DNA of 64,000 nt from the human T2T-CHM13v2.0 reference genome, Homo sapiens, in NCBI RefSeq assembly GCF_009914755.1, contig NC_060932.1; one strand, 5' to 3'. This document shows, piece by piece, positions 13,466 through 29,886 of this stretch. The first letter of the stretch is position 1. Each line of letters begins with the position of its first letter. Below the pieces are notes generated by a model, which saw only the letters and a list, made by a program, of their open reading frames with translations, did not search any database and was not told the DNA's origin. A program made the position numbers and the translations under genes.

Positions 13466-14175
13466 CCCTGCCAATTCATAACTCATCAGAAATGCTACAC
13501 TTGGGATTACCACCACTTTTTACAGATAAGGAAACTGAGGCATGATACTAAGTAACATCAGGCCAAGTGAGGTCTTTTGGAGAGCTTTTAAAAGGTTTTG
13601 CCTTAAATATTTGTTTAAATTCTTTGTTTTAGAGACACAATGACTATCTCATTCCTTTCCTAATGTTAGCTCAGTAGGCAGCCCCACTGATACACAATGT
13701 GGTTTTGTTGAGAAAATTATTTCCTTGCTTTCAAAAACAGTTAATTGCTGGAGCGTTTTACACAAGAGGGCAGTGATCCTAGAAATAACTTAAACTACTT
13801 TCTCTGCTTACCAAACCAAAACCCAAACCAGCCAACCAAACAGACAAATAGCATGGCTCATCAGTAATTTCTCCCTGTACTGGTCCAATCGTGATTAAAA
13901 GTAAGAACAGCAGATAAATGTGTATCCTAGAAGAGATTAGCGGAACCATTTATATAGTGTAAAGTCATGCAAACCATGCTGAAAAGGAAGCACTTTGTTG
14001 TGGTGACATGGGGAGGAAGAGGCTGTGGGAAGCCCCTGCCTGGGTGGGGCCACCACGCACACGCATGCATTTGATGCAGCCATTGGTGTCCCCGCTGGTA
14101 AGCGTCGGGTGTAAGAGTAAGTGAACTATACAAAGTCTGTCTACATTACAAGGAGGGGTCAGCCAGTGACCTCTT

Positions 14176-14934
<759 letters not shown>

Positions 14935-14989
14935 TTACCACTTTCTCTGAGGGTGGGGATCGTTGCTATTGGTTGGCAGGAAATATTCT

Positions 14990-15335
<346 letters not shown>

Positions 15336-16718
15336 TAATTCTTGCAACTCTTAATAATAGAAACAGCTAATAATTTATTTTGTGCCTCCTACTTGCAAGC
15401 CTTGCACACCAGGTATTAATGTTAATCTAGAGAAAACCTAGGCAAGGTCTTCTAGGAAGCAAAGGCGGAAAGCAGAGAGATGCTTTGAAGTGTTACAGGC
15501 CTGCTGTGTCCCCTAGAGGAGGAAGTGGCCTTGCTAATGTTGCCCGGGTCAAGGAGCAAGAGTTCTCAATTTAGGAACATTTCCTTAGACAGAAGCATGT
15601 GGACTGTTAGTCTATGTTTCTTCTACATGGTGATTTAAGCCCTAAAAATACAAGGGCAGTGGTTAGCAAGAACTGAGCTTCTCAGAACTGAAGACCCTAC
15701 CTAGCAGCTTGCTCTTGCCTGCCTAAATTGGCACCTTACTTGAACTTTTGTGAATGAATATACATGAGTGTGTGTGCACACGTGTGTGATGTTCTTGCTT
15801 TGACAATTCACGACTCACCAGGAAACACTGTCGTCAGGTGTATCACCCTATTTTACAGGTGAGGATATGAGCACCATGATCAGCAGATGCCAGGATAGCA
15901 TCTGAGCCTCAATAATAACTGACAAGGGTCAGTTAGAAAAGTTACAATCTGACTCTGTCTTATGCACTTTATTGACTTTTGTGAATTTTATGACAATCCC
16001 CCAAGATGGATACTATTATTATCTCTATTTCACAGGCAAGAGAACAGACACTGAGAAATAGAGTGGAAATTATAAATTAAAATTTAAAATGAAAACAAAA
16101 TTCTTGATACAACAAAAAGGAATAATTCAGATTTGCTTCTACCTCTCCTGCACGGGTCCCATTTAGGGTTTTGAATAAAACAAAAGGATTACTATGATCC
16201 TTGAAAAACTGGCAGTACCATTTATCTAATGTAGAGTTAGGGAGATGATGCTAGATTATGAGCTGTTTGCTGTGAAAGCAAGAGTGAGCTGCATGGTGCT
16301 GTGAGTGAGCGGGTTTCTCTTTCCACCTTGAATGGATCTCACCTGTGCCTGCCCTCCTCCCGGCCTCTTCACGCAGGCAACCCACTGCCTGGACATTGAG
16401 AAAAGTAGGACACACAACATGCAGTGGCAGGTCACTAGCATTTCCTAAGGGGTCACCATGAAATGCTTGATAATTGTAGCTATTATCAAGTGTCCACTGT
16501 GCCCGCTAATATTATGTATCAACTCAGTCCTCACAGCAACCTAATAGGGTATTATAATCCCCATACTACAGATGAGGAAAACTGAGGCTCAGAACAATTA
16601 ATTAACTTGCACGTGATCACTCAGTAAATGCTGAATCAGTGATTTGATTTCCGTATCTTTTTTGAATGGTAGGTAGTAGTACTCAAGTATCTTATCTCCC
16701 TTTGAAAAACAATGGTGG

Positions 16719-17198
<480 letters not shown>

Positions 17199-18269
17199 CT
17201 ATAAGATCATTATATCTATTTTTGCTATGCAAGGTAATTTCGGCTAGGCAGGCCATGGCCAACAGAGCCATCGTTCTCACCCTCACACTTGTGTGGCATA
17301 AAAGAGCACCAATCAACTCTGGAGGCATATGTGAGTCAGGAAAAGTCAGAGTTTTTCTGCATTCAACACTGGTATCTCATGTTTACCTCCACTGTAGGAA
17401 AATTTGAAGCCAAATATCAAGCTGCTATTAAGGAGGCTTTGCTTTGTGTTAAACATTATAAAGCACCTAACAGTACCTAGAGTATCTAGTTCCTTTAAAT
17501 TAAATTCCTTAGCCTTTCATTCTTAGATTTGAGATCTGAGACTTTTACTCTGAGTGTGTGTGTGCAGGTGGAGAAGGGGGTCATCTAATGTCTGAAATTA
17601 CTTACAGTGGGTATAAATATTTCATCTGGCCAATTTTAATAAGAATGAAGAATCCCAAATCTTGAACATGATGCAAAAGATGACACTGGTGAGGAATGGA
17701 ATTGAAATGTGTGCTGAATTTGATTTTTGGTTATCCACTGTTAATATCTGCTTAATTCTGGTTAGTTTCAACATTTTTATTTTTTTTGCAGATAGAACTT
17801 TCAGGGAGTCTAGCTATTTGCTAGAAACCATTCATGCTAGGCACTTTCTCAATAGTTGATTTCTCTCTCTCATAGGCTGCTGAATCCTGCTTAGTAGGAT
17901 AGTCTTTGGCTGCGAAGCCCTAAATTTTAAAAAGATGTCAGAAACTGGTGGTCCATGTGCTAAATCCAGCTGGCTAGTGTTTTCTTTGGCCTGCACGGGG
18001 TTTTAAAACATGTAAGCCATCTCAAAAATTGAGAATTTCATGTAAAAGCTGGATATTCTGTTTTCTGGAAACAGAGGATCTGCATCCCTAAAAGAAGGTA
18101 GGGCGCTCATTTCTAAAAGAAGGTAGAGACTTCATTCCTACCTCTTTTAGATGGGGCACGCATTCTCCAGGTGCCCACGGTCCCATCACTCCCTATTCTA
18201 TCCCCAGGACTGAGGTTAAATATTAAAATATTAAGTTGCTTTCTATCATCATGTTAATGCTCTCAATTC

Positions 18270-18571
18270 TTTTTTTTTTTTTTTTTTTTTTTGAGATGGA
18301 GTCTCACTCTTTTGCCAGGCTGGAATGCAGTGGCATGATCTCGGCTCACTGCAACCTCTGACTCCCTGGTTCAAGCGATTCTCCTGCCTCAGCCTCCCAA
18401 GTAGCTGGGACTACAGGCAGGCGCCACCACGCCCAGCTAATTTTTGTATTTTTAGTAGAGATGGGGTTTCACTATGTTGGCCAGGCTGGTCTCGAGCTCC
18501 TGACCTCATGATCCACCCGCCTCAGCCTCCTGAAGGGCTGGGATTACAGGCGTAAGCCACCATGCCCGGCC
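18270..18571 (-). mobile_element. Alu (AluSc-like) in intron 13
   Basis: Poly-T followed by reverse Alu; Sc-type ...tgccaggctgg and tgacctcatgatcc; degenerate TSD tct[ca/tg]attct. Confidence 0.93.
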
Positions 18572-19207
18572 TCTTGATTCTTTTATAAGTGGAAGGTTCA
18601 TAATATTTCTTAAGCCTAACTCCCTCACTCATTGTGTTACCTGCCTTGAAGACATTTGGGAATAAAGAGATGTAAATTTAGGCAGTGGACTTTCTAAAGA
18701 ACATCTTATTCAAAATTTTGAAGCTTTGGAAGGAGAAGAGCTGCTCTGTTAAGGGACAAAGCTCTCTGTGTTACAATGTTGTCAGGGGGCTGATATCTGA
18801 GTGTCTTCTCTGGCTTTGTCCTGGGAGGGGTATCAATCAACTCAAAGATAATTATGCAGGATGGAGAATGCTCTGGGTTCTGCTGATATGAAGTTTTCTT
18901 CCTGTTTCAATAAAGCTCATAAGTCTCCTCTTGTTTTGTAACAGTGTGAAACAGGTGGGGCTATTATCACTTTCAAAAGTTACAGGAAGAAATGTCATCC
19001 ACATGGTCTGGGAAGAGGAGTGAGAACATTTTTGTACAGAAACCTTTCAAATGGCCACCAACTGAAACAAGCTTCAAACTCTTTCTTCATTTTACTTAGG
19101 AGAGTGACAACTTCACCCACATAAAGGACCCCAGCAGAGGTTTGGGGGTGGGGATGCTTTACAAACTTTGCACCCCTGGCCCATCAGTCCATGTCCACTG
19201 GCCCCAC

Positions 19208-19306
19208 CTGGGAGATTGCTGGGATGGGAAGGTGAATGCTGACCCTTTCTGAGACTTCTTGTGTTTTGGCGTGGAGGGAGGTCCAGGGGTGAAAATCATA
19301 TCTATT
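19208..19306 (-). CDS. KCNQ3: KCNQ3 exon 13 (99 nt, phase 2-2)
   Basis: ttcag|A ATA GAT ... CCC AG|gtgggg; encodes [32 protein letters not shown](R). Confidence 0.96.
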
Positions 19307-19412
19307 CTGAAAGAAACAAACAGAGCAGGGATTAAATTACACAGAGCTTTGTTTTGACAGGAAAACAAATCATTCTATTCTCTCTAGAATGAGATAAGGG
19401 TTTGGAATATAT

Positions 19413-19503
19413 AAGAGGAGAGGAGAGGAGAGGAGAAGTGAGGAGAGGAGAGGGGAGGAGAGGAGAAGTGAGGAGAGGGGAGGAGAGGAGAGGAAAGAGA
19501 GAG
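19413..19503. repeat. (GAGGA)n polypurine repeat, intron 12
   Basis: Read directly. Confidence 0.93.
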
Positions 19504-19892
19504 TGCATACTAGCTACAGAGAGAAAGACAGAGCCAGAGAGAACCTATAACCTCGGTATATTCTTCCGCTTGTTTTGATCTGGTGATACTGAAAGCATCT
19601 TTCTATCCCAGGAGAGAGGGAGGCAGACAAACCACTGAGAGAGGTGACGGCTGCATCTTGTTATTTTTTTTTTTTCATAGGAAATGTCATAGGTGGACTG
19701 CAAACCTGTCTTTTCTTCCAATTCTTCTATCCCTTCCAAAAACATCTAGTTAGGGAGCTTTACAGACAAATCCTAGGCTACATATTCAGCTGCACACATC
19801 ACTGCTGCTCTGTGGGCATCTCTGGCCAGTAGAAAGATAGATCCAACACCAGCTTCCATTCCTATTTCTATTTCTGCATGAGGCACCAGCTC

Positions 19893-20195
19893 CTTTTTAA
19901 ATAACTTTTATTTTAGGTTTGGGGGTACAGGTGAAAGTTTGTTACATAGGTAAACATGTGTCATGGGGGTTATCTTTTCTGCTACTCTCCCTCCTACCAC
20001 CTTACCCCAGAACCTGTTGTTTCCTTCTTTGTGTTCATAAGTTCCTAACATTTAGCTACCACCTGTAAGTGAGAACACGCTGTATATGGTTTTCTGTTCC
20101 TGCATTAGTTTGCTAAGGATAATAGCCTCCAGCTCCAACCATGTTCCTGCAAAAGATATGATCTTGTTCTTTTTTATGGCTGCGTATTACTCTGT
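19893..20195 (-). mobile_element. L1 3'-end fragment (old L1PA/L1PB type)
   Basis: ttttattttaggtttgggggtacaggtg...gtttgttacataggtaaac; gtgagaac...ttttctgttcctgcattagtttgctaaggataat. Confidence 0.85.
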
Positions 20196-20759
20196 GAGTC
20201 ATTGGTTCCTGCTCTATGCCTGGACCAATAGGAAAGAAATGTTGCCTATCACGCTGTAGGTTGGGACGGGGTGGGAGGGAAAGCAGGCTTGAAGGCTTAT
20301 CACAGGTCCAGGACCATTAAGACTATGCACCCTGAAACAGTCATGGCTCCTTCCGTCTCCTCCTTGGAAACCCAGCTGCTCCTCCACTGACGGCACTTTC
20401 TTTCTCTCTTGCCCCGCAAGGTCAGCATGGCTGGGGATATGCAATCAGAGGTCCAGATGTTCACCCTCCAGCCACAAATGCTAGAAACACATTTGCTTAG
20501 TAAGTAGCAAAAACTATGCCACTGTCATAGTCCACTCTATGCTTATTAAAATTGGCTGGTATTTTTGGAGTCTGGCATGCCTTAGACATCATGCTTCATC
20601 CTCGTCTCTCGGAGAGCCATACTTGCATAAATAACAGCATGTTAAGCTCAAAATTTGTTCACACATCTATTCATTCAGCAGGCAGTGAGCACTGACTCTG
20701 TGCCTGCCACTATACTAGGAAGTCAAAGTTGATATTCCAGTTAGGGATAAAGAAAGGCC

Positions 20760-21081
<322 letters not shown>

Positions 21082-21720
21082 TTACACCTCCAAGCTGACA
21101 GATAGCATCATTAACTTCCAACCCAGTCAGTGTGATGTTCCTGTTCTCTAGCAGGACACTCCAGTGGGACAACATCACTCGGACAGGGAAGCTGAGGCCC
21201 AGAGAGGACGCGTGTCCATTGGAAATCTCACACATGTCAGAGAGTGAACTGCAATAGGATTTTGGTTTCCTGACTGTTATTCCATGGCTATTGACATCAT
21301 AACTGCCCGTTTTTACAAAATGCTTTTTCAAAGGGCATTTTTACAGCTTATTAAAGATTTGATACATTTTAAAAGTAGAAAAAAAAAGTCACATATGGAG
21401 TCATCATCTCAGTACAGCCACTGCAGTCTCTCAGGGGAAGTCTTACTCCTTTTCTCCAGGCCCTGATATGGGAAAGTGTGTGCATGTCCTGTGTGTTTCT
21501 GAATAAGCATATGTGTGCAAGTGTTTAGAATCATATCATACCTATATATTAGTTAACATCATCACAAGGTCTAGGCAGAGTATATTTATTCTGTGACATA
21601 CATGACATATAAACATACATATGCACTATAGATATATACATATGCATATATATGTGTACACACATGTCCGCATGTATTATTGGTAATTATATCATGCATA
21701 TATATCCACAAATCATATAA

Positions 21721-22093
<373 letters not shown>

Positions 22094-22429
22094 TAACATT
22101 TTAATGAGAGCAGGTACCATTCTTTCCTTACCCATTGTTTTATAATTAAGGAAATATGGTGTATTAGAGAGAATAGAGACTTTCTAATCAGTTGGAGCTG
22201 GTTTGATTCCCAGCTCTGCTCCCTGCTAGCTGGGTAGGTCCTCTGTCCTTTCAGCTTCAGTTTCCTCATTGGAAAAATGGCACTCTAATGCAATATCTTG
22301 TGATTTCATAAGGGAGTATAAACACGCAGGTGGAGTACTCAGGAGTTCAATAAAAATGATGGCAATTATTAGTTAGGCATTGATGCTATTTCCATATCTT
22401 TCACTATTATAAGTAATACCTGATGAACA

Positions 22430-22688
22430 TTTTTAAATATGGTAAAGAATTGTATTGAGAATTAATTAGGCAGCTGGATTCGGTTTAATTCGGATGATCC
22501 TGTTTTGTTGGCAACATCGAAAGCATCACAGTCAGAAGCCATTTAAATGTGTGCTTTCTCCTCTCTGACAGGCCTGATCAGGGTGCTGACCTTGGCCATG
22601 GCAATGTCATACAGCTATTTCACAGTCTGTCCGATCTGGTGCTTTGTTGGCCTAGACATCCACAAGGCTTCGTGGATATTTGTCTTCT
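22430..22688 (-). pseudogene. 5'-truncated processed pseudogene of ribosomal protein L23a in intron 12
   Basis: Minus-strand translation VDV*AN/[44 protein letters not shown] aligns to recalled RPL23A [53 protein letters not shown]. It is followed by RPL23A-like 3'UTR (ccagctgcctaatt...accata) and a short A remnant. Confidence 0.88.
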
Positions 22689-22796
22689 TAAAATCTCTCC
22701 CTGCATTTTGAATTATTTCTGAATACCTCTCACCTTAAACTCTAAGGTTCATAGGGCTTTGAGGGGAGTGCAGTCCCTCCAGATGTGACTGTCTCA

Positions 22797-22994
<198 letters not shown>

Positions 22995-23854
22995 CTAGCA
23001 AACTCCAGGGCAGGGGGAGAAAAGAACCAAAGATAAAAGAGCTTGCTGGAAGAACTTCCAACGTTTGGTTCTGGTTCTACCCCTTGGAACACACAGAGTT
23101 AGTACATCTCCATCAGGATTACTCCCTTCAATCATTTGAATAATAAGTAAATCATAGTATTAATAAGAGCTAACATTTATTGAGCATTCACTGTATGCCA
23201 GACCATGAGCTTAATTAATGCTTTATGAACAATCCTGATAACAGATCCATTTATAGATGATGTGATTGTGATTTGAACCTTCAGCATCATCCCAGGGCCA
23301 TATAGCTAATAAGGGCTGAGCTGGTCCTCAAACCCAGACAGGGTGCTGACAAGGCTGGTGCTCTTAATCACTGTCACACTGCTTGCTATTTGAGGACAGC
23401 TGATATATCTCATCCTCAAGAGCCTCTTTAATTATTTTACTTGTGAGCTCCTAGAAAAGAAAAGCTGGTTTCTGTTCCCTGAGTTTTCTCAGGTTCCTTA
23501 TAAAGTGGGGCACCCAGAACTGGTAGATGAAATCAAAGCCTCACCTCCATCCTTTATTGGTTCCTCCCCGAGCCTCATCATAAAGTTAACTTCTGTTGAG
23601 CACAGAGTTTGTTCAAATCCCTAATCACAGGTCAGTGTCAGGAGGTCACAGCCCTTCCCAGGCCCTTCCATCTGGTGCTTGCGCAAGTCGTTTTAATGGT
23701 GCATTCAAAGTTCATTTTGTTTGTCATAGCTCGTGGCTTCAGCCTCTAAACATTATTTTTGGTATATTGATTATGGTACTATCTAATTTGCTTGCCATCC
23801 TTCCCATCTTTGTGCCACTTTATAAGCCTTCTCTTTACATAGTTCCATACAGGT

Positions 23855-24075
23855 GAGAATCTATAAACTAAGGCTCACAGGCCAACTCTGGCTCACTGCC
23901 TGATTTTGATAGTAAGGTTTGACTGGAACTCAGTCACACTCATTCCTTTAGGCACTGTCTATGGCTGCTTTTGTGCTACAATGATAGAGCTGAACACTTG
24001 CAGCAGAGACCTATGGACCAGGAAGCCTAAAACATTTACTATCCGACCCTTTCAAGAAAAGTTTGATGACCTCTG
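23855..24075 (+). mobile_element. MER58A-like hAT MITE
   Basis: ggccaactctggctcactgcctg...tttactatccgaccctttcaagaaaagtttgatgacctctg. Confidence 0.75.
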
Positions 24076-24987
24076 AATTAAGACATCAATGAAAATGCTA
24101 AAAGAAGAGAAGAAGACGGCAGAGACTAGACTATGCAGTGTCCCAGCAGAGATCACCCTCCAGGTCAACACAGGTTTATTAACTGGTTTTCTCTGAATAA
24201 AGGCTTTCAGCCAGTGAGGAATCCAGATAGCTGTGTTTTCATACAACCACATTTCTGTCATATCCTACATAAAGGTGTCAGGAAAATCCACGTCCAAGGC
24301 TTTGCTGAGGTCTACACACTGTAACACTACTGTGCTTCCCTATCTATTGGACTGGGAATCTTGCGGAAAATACCATGATCAGTTGGAGAATTCACCTTAC
24401 TTTCTAGAATTCACTGCTACCTTTATGAAGTGCTTACATGCTGATAAAGTTTAGGTAATAGCATACTTTTTTTCATTTTCTTGCAGAATTCTAAAGCAAA
24501 ACAGAAATAGGTAGAATGGATTATGGTCTCTGCTGATACAGACAAAAAAATACTATAATTTATTATCTTGTTAAAAATGCGAACTAATTAAAACAAACTA
24601 TATGGATGAAGTTAGGCAGAAGAAAAACCATTTTGAGCAAGAAGCCTCTACAGGAAGAAAACCCTCCACTCTGACACCCTTTAAAATACATGGTAGTTAC
24701 AGACAGAGCAGAACATAGCAGGTGGAAATACTGTCAGGAGGGCTGTGGGGCGTGTTTATAACAAGGCAGGCACCTACGAGTCACCCATCATGACTTGCTA
24801 ACGTCTGGATCATTTTTTCTGGGGCAGCATACAGTATTTACATACTTCAGGGACCTAACTCAGGGTTAGTGGAGGGGCTTCTCTTCCCCCTTCCCAAAGT
24901 GCAAGATAATTTTATAAGCCCCTTCCTGTGGGAGTTGAGCTGGAGCGGGGGAGGCACACAGGCACAGGTGGGACCGTGGGGGCATTA

Positions 24988-25161
<174 letters not shown>

Positions 25162-25955
25162 TCAAAGCCTTCCACGCCTCTGGATGTGTCAATCCCCAGA
25201 GTCTTTATTTCCACGTTGCAAGACTCCACGGTATTCTCAAGCTGTGATGCTGTTCAGCCTTTCTTGGCACCCTCATTCTATTACCCAGAAGTCCAAGTCA
25301 AAAGTGTGCGCAGCTCATGACTGGTAGTGAGGGAAAAGGCTAGCAGGGAGGAGAAGTGAGCTCCGCAGTTCCAGAGTGGCCCCCAGAGCCAGAAGCCAGC
25401 AAAGGACACAGAAGCCAGCAAACAACACACACTGTGCAGGCCTCAGCTGGGACTTTTGCTCTGTCAGTCTCTATCCTGGTGACCTTGGAGAAGTCACTTT
25501 CTGAGCCGCACACATCAGAGGCCTTGGAGAGAACTGAATGATACAATGAGGATTGAGGGCCTGGGTGGGCTCAGACACTGAGGAAACAGGCTTTTCTGCA
25601 TGTCCTCCCTTTGCATAAGTAAAAGAGGCACATGAGGCCATGGCTCCTACAGCCTCCAGAGGGCGCTTTTCTGCCACTCTTCCCGTGCCCTGGTCTCTAA
25701 ATTGCTTTGCACCTGGCACCGCCCCATCCTTCAAGTTGACCTCCATAACAATCCAATCATGGGGCGGGGGGTCGGGGCGGACCCTTAGAAACCAAGGTGA
25801 CAGGTTTCCAGGCTCCTAACTTGGGAGCCTGCAGCCCTAGACTCCTGGGAATACATCACAATGCCTCAGCCCAAGGGACAGGAGGAGTTAGGGAAGCAAG
25901 AAGTTGGCTTGTCGAGGGAAGGGAGAGAGTTACCTTGTGGAGTCAAAGGTTCTTA

Positions 25956-26279
<324 letters not shown>

Positions 26280-29200
26280 TCAGTGCAGGCTCTTAAAATT
26301 TCCCATCCCTCCATAAAGACTCACACATTCTCCTCCAAGGAGAAATGGGGACCGTGCATTTCACAGTGCTGAATCTGACTCAGCAGCTTGGAATCGGACA
26401 GGGCGTGGTTCAAATCCTAGCTCCACAGCCTGCTAGCTCTTATACCCTGGGCAAGACTTCTCTGAATGTCAATTTTCCCATACGATTAAATGTAGCTTAC
26501 ATGAGGTGCCCGCTATAAATTGCCTAGCTCATCCTAGTATGCTGCAGAGATTCATCTTTCCCCATGCCCATTTCCTGCATCAATAACTTCCTGCCTTTCC
26601 TGTGTATCATCCCATGGTACCCAGATAGTGATTTACACAGACAAATCCTTATCAAAGGATTCCTCCTTGAAAAGAAACTGACAACACAAATGACGTAAAG
26701 CAGCACTCTTAATTTGGTGTCCACAAACAGACCCTCATGGATAGAATTTGGCAGTCCGTGAGTTTGGATGGGGAAAAATACATTTTTAATTTACTAACTT
26801 CTAATGAAAATTTAGCATCTCTTTCCAGTATGAATGTGGGCAACAAACTCCAGTAATATCCTAAATGCCTGAGACTTGCCACAACAGAAATCACAGATAA
26901 TTTTATATCCTGTTATTTCAAGGTACTGTTTATGCTCATGCTGGCTTCCAAATTATGGTGGTATTCAATCTGCCACCAGGTTCATCACAAAGATGCACAT
27001 ATATGACTACATCTCAAAATTTTAAAGACTTTGATAATGCTGTTTCCATATAATCAGCTTCTTTTGTATATTGTATTTTGTTTATAGATTCAAAATTATT
27101 CTGAGAAGGGGTCCATGGGCTTCATGATACTTCTAGAAGAGTTCCTGGTACAAAGAAAATGGTTAATAATGCCAATATAAAGTTGCCCTGGTGCAAAAAG
27201 CCAGTTGCACCTTGACTTAAGCCCAAGTCCACCCTTCCCATCTGGCTGACCTTCGGCAAATCTATGACCTTTTTGAGCCTCAGTTACCTTGTCTGTAAAG
27301 TAGGGATAAGCATTCCCTGCTTTATCTGGTTGCTATGAGATGATGTTTATCCAGGATTCGGCATAGAGTGTGACACAGAGCAGGTGCTCTGTACATGTTA
27401 ATTTCTTCCATTTCTCAGCTTTTGCCCCCTTACCCTAGTGAGCACGAAGGATAAAGTCCTTTTTTGTGGTACTTTCCAGAGAGTGCCACATTGCGTGTTT
27501 TTGCCCAGTGGTATACTCAATGCAGCAGCTTCTGCTCCCTTACCCCACACAGAGCTTGGCACACAGGAGGCATTCCCTCATGTACTTGTGAAATAAATGA
27601 GAGAGTGAATGAATATGGGTGATCAAATCAGCTCTGCATGGGTTTGCGATAATTTTGTGTTTTCTGAAGAGCATGTCTGGTTAGGCTAGTCATGTGCCCC
27701 TGCCAGAAGCTGCTGCTACCTTTGAAGCTGGGTGCAGTGTGGAGGTCATGGTGTTGTGGCTGCTGGAAGGGGAGTGAACACTCCTTCTGCCACACAGTCA
27801 CCCTGTGCTTTCTGAACACCAGGTCCTCGTCTGTCATGGCGGCCTAACAACATCTGCTTCATAGAGGGTTAGGGAGTGTTACATGTGATAATTTCTGTAA
27901 CATTTCTTGCCTACAGTCCAGCATACAGAAGGCATTAAGAAACCTTTGAAAAACAAACGAGTGAATGAATGAATGAGTATATGAATGAGCAGTGAGCAGT
28001 TGTTATTCCTGACTTCCTCTGGATCTGTTCTCTCTCACCCAGCACTGTTCCAGCAGTTTGATTGAGGAACTCCATTAATAACCAGCCCAGGATAAATTTA
28101 GAAAAACGCCAATGCTCAGCCAGCTCCATCTTCCTTGAACTGAAGTCAACATTTTTGGAATTGCTTTCCTGGCTGCTACTAGATAAATGACTAATAGGAC
28201 AGAGCCCATGGGCTAAAAATAGTGAATGAAGCAGGAACTGAGCTGAACACACATTGAAGTCTTTCTGGCACTGCGCTGTATGGAGACAGTACATTTCCAT
28301 GCCTGCCCGCCCCACTGGACTATGCAGTGCTAGCAAGGCAAAGACTCTGCCTGGCTATCTTTAAACACAGCACATTTCCCTGCTCAGAACATCTGAATGT
28401 TCAGTACGGCAACTAAGATCATGGGCAAAACCAGCCTGGTGGAAGCATCCTGACAAACCATGTGACCTAGGACACATCATTTGTGCTTTCTGGTCTCCAG
28501 TTTCCTCATGGGCAGAATGATGACCATAAGCCCATGCTTTTCATAGATGTTTAAGGGTTAAATGAGGTAATGCATGTCGAGTGCTCAGCCAACTGAGATT
28601 CAGGAAGCGCTCAATAGATGCTGGCTGTCATTATTAACTGAGTAAGTAATCCTTTTCCCACAGAAGTAGTAGAAGGCTGACGATGTGTGTGAAAAGGATG
28701 GATACAATTCCCTGGGCCACAAATAAAGGTTTTTTTGGTTGTTGTTGTTGTTTAAATGAACTGAAATGAGTTTGAGAGATTCATATATTATTTTACAATA
28801 CTTCTTAATGCTAGTTTAAAAAGTTCAACATTGTCATTCTACTCCACTTCCGTATGAGATAAGTATATGAGGAGCTTAATTCCAGATAAACTAAGCAAGA
28901 CAAAATTAATAGCAGCCACTTTTTCCTGAATTGAAGTTTCAGTATAATTGTTGAATATAAGGAAGATAATGAGAGGACTCTCTTGGTTCTATCTGTGCTG
29001 GGATTTAGGATTTGCTTGTTAGATATTTAAATGCTTCACTGCCAACCTCAAACGGTCTGGATTGTTTTGGCCACGTTCACTTAAAACGCCATTGGTCACA
29101 GATGGCGGTTTAGATGGTGTTAGGAATCCAGATGCATGGAACAAAGTCAGAAGTCTCGGCTCAGAATTGCTCACAGCCATTGCACCTAAGAGGCTTATGG

Positions 29201-29886
29201 AATTCTTCCTCCAGCAAAGTGGATGATCAGCTTACTTCTTAATTGTGTTGCCTGAAATCCAAGACCCCAAAGGATAATCAAATGCAAGGCAAAGTTCACT
29301 GCTGAAACTCAAAACCCAACTCTGTTCTACGCTGTATGGATTTCCAGTGCATAATTAAGGTGTTGTTCTAGGAGGGCACTGCAGATCTTGCAAGAAAAGC
29401 CTTCCCCAGAGATGACATCAGATTTTCTTCGAAAGCTAGGGCTCTTGACATGTTAAGTGCAGGCAAACAACTTCCAAATATGAGTTGTAAAAACTGCAAA
29501 TAGGTGGACTGGGCATGGAAAAGGAAAATCAAGGTTGTTCTATCCTGGACAATACGGCTCTTGTCCTGGGCTCCTCCTTCAGGTATCAGCATGGGGAACT
29601 TCAGCCATGTTCAACTCCGTGTAGTTTCTTCACATTCAGTGTTTTGCATGTGCTGTGAACTCGACCTGGGAAAATCTTCATCCCTTTTTTTCATCTAAAT
29701 GACTCTTACTTTTGCCTAAAACATGGTCCAAGCATCAGCCCCACATCTGGACGTTCAGTCTAGTGGCTACTGAGATCCATTAGACATCCATTCTCTGTGC
29801 CCCTAGTCCACTTCAGGCTTTTCTCATCCATGGCACTCGGCCACTACAGGGAAATATTTGACTTAATAGGGACTCCCTTACTAAAT

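Larger units (their letters stand above)
5765..14175 (-). other. KCNQ3: Long (~8.4 kb) 3'UTR of KCNQ3
   Basis: Runs from the stop codon to the distal AATAAA pair and contains no Alu. Consistent with the known long neuronal KCNQ3 mRNA. The end coordinate is approximate. Confidence 0.75.

Noticed and set aside
18088-18150. Short direct plus inverted repeat (ctaaaagaaggtag twice, then ctacctcttttag)
   Set aside because: Small and imperfect, inside what looks like a decayed DNA-transposon fragment
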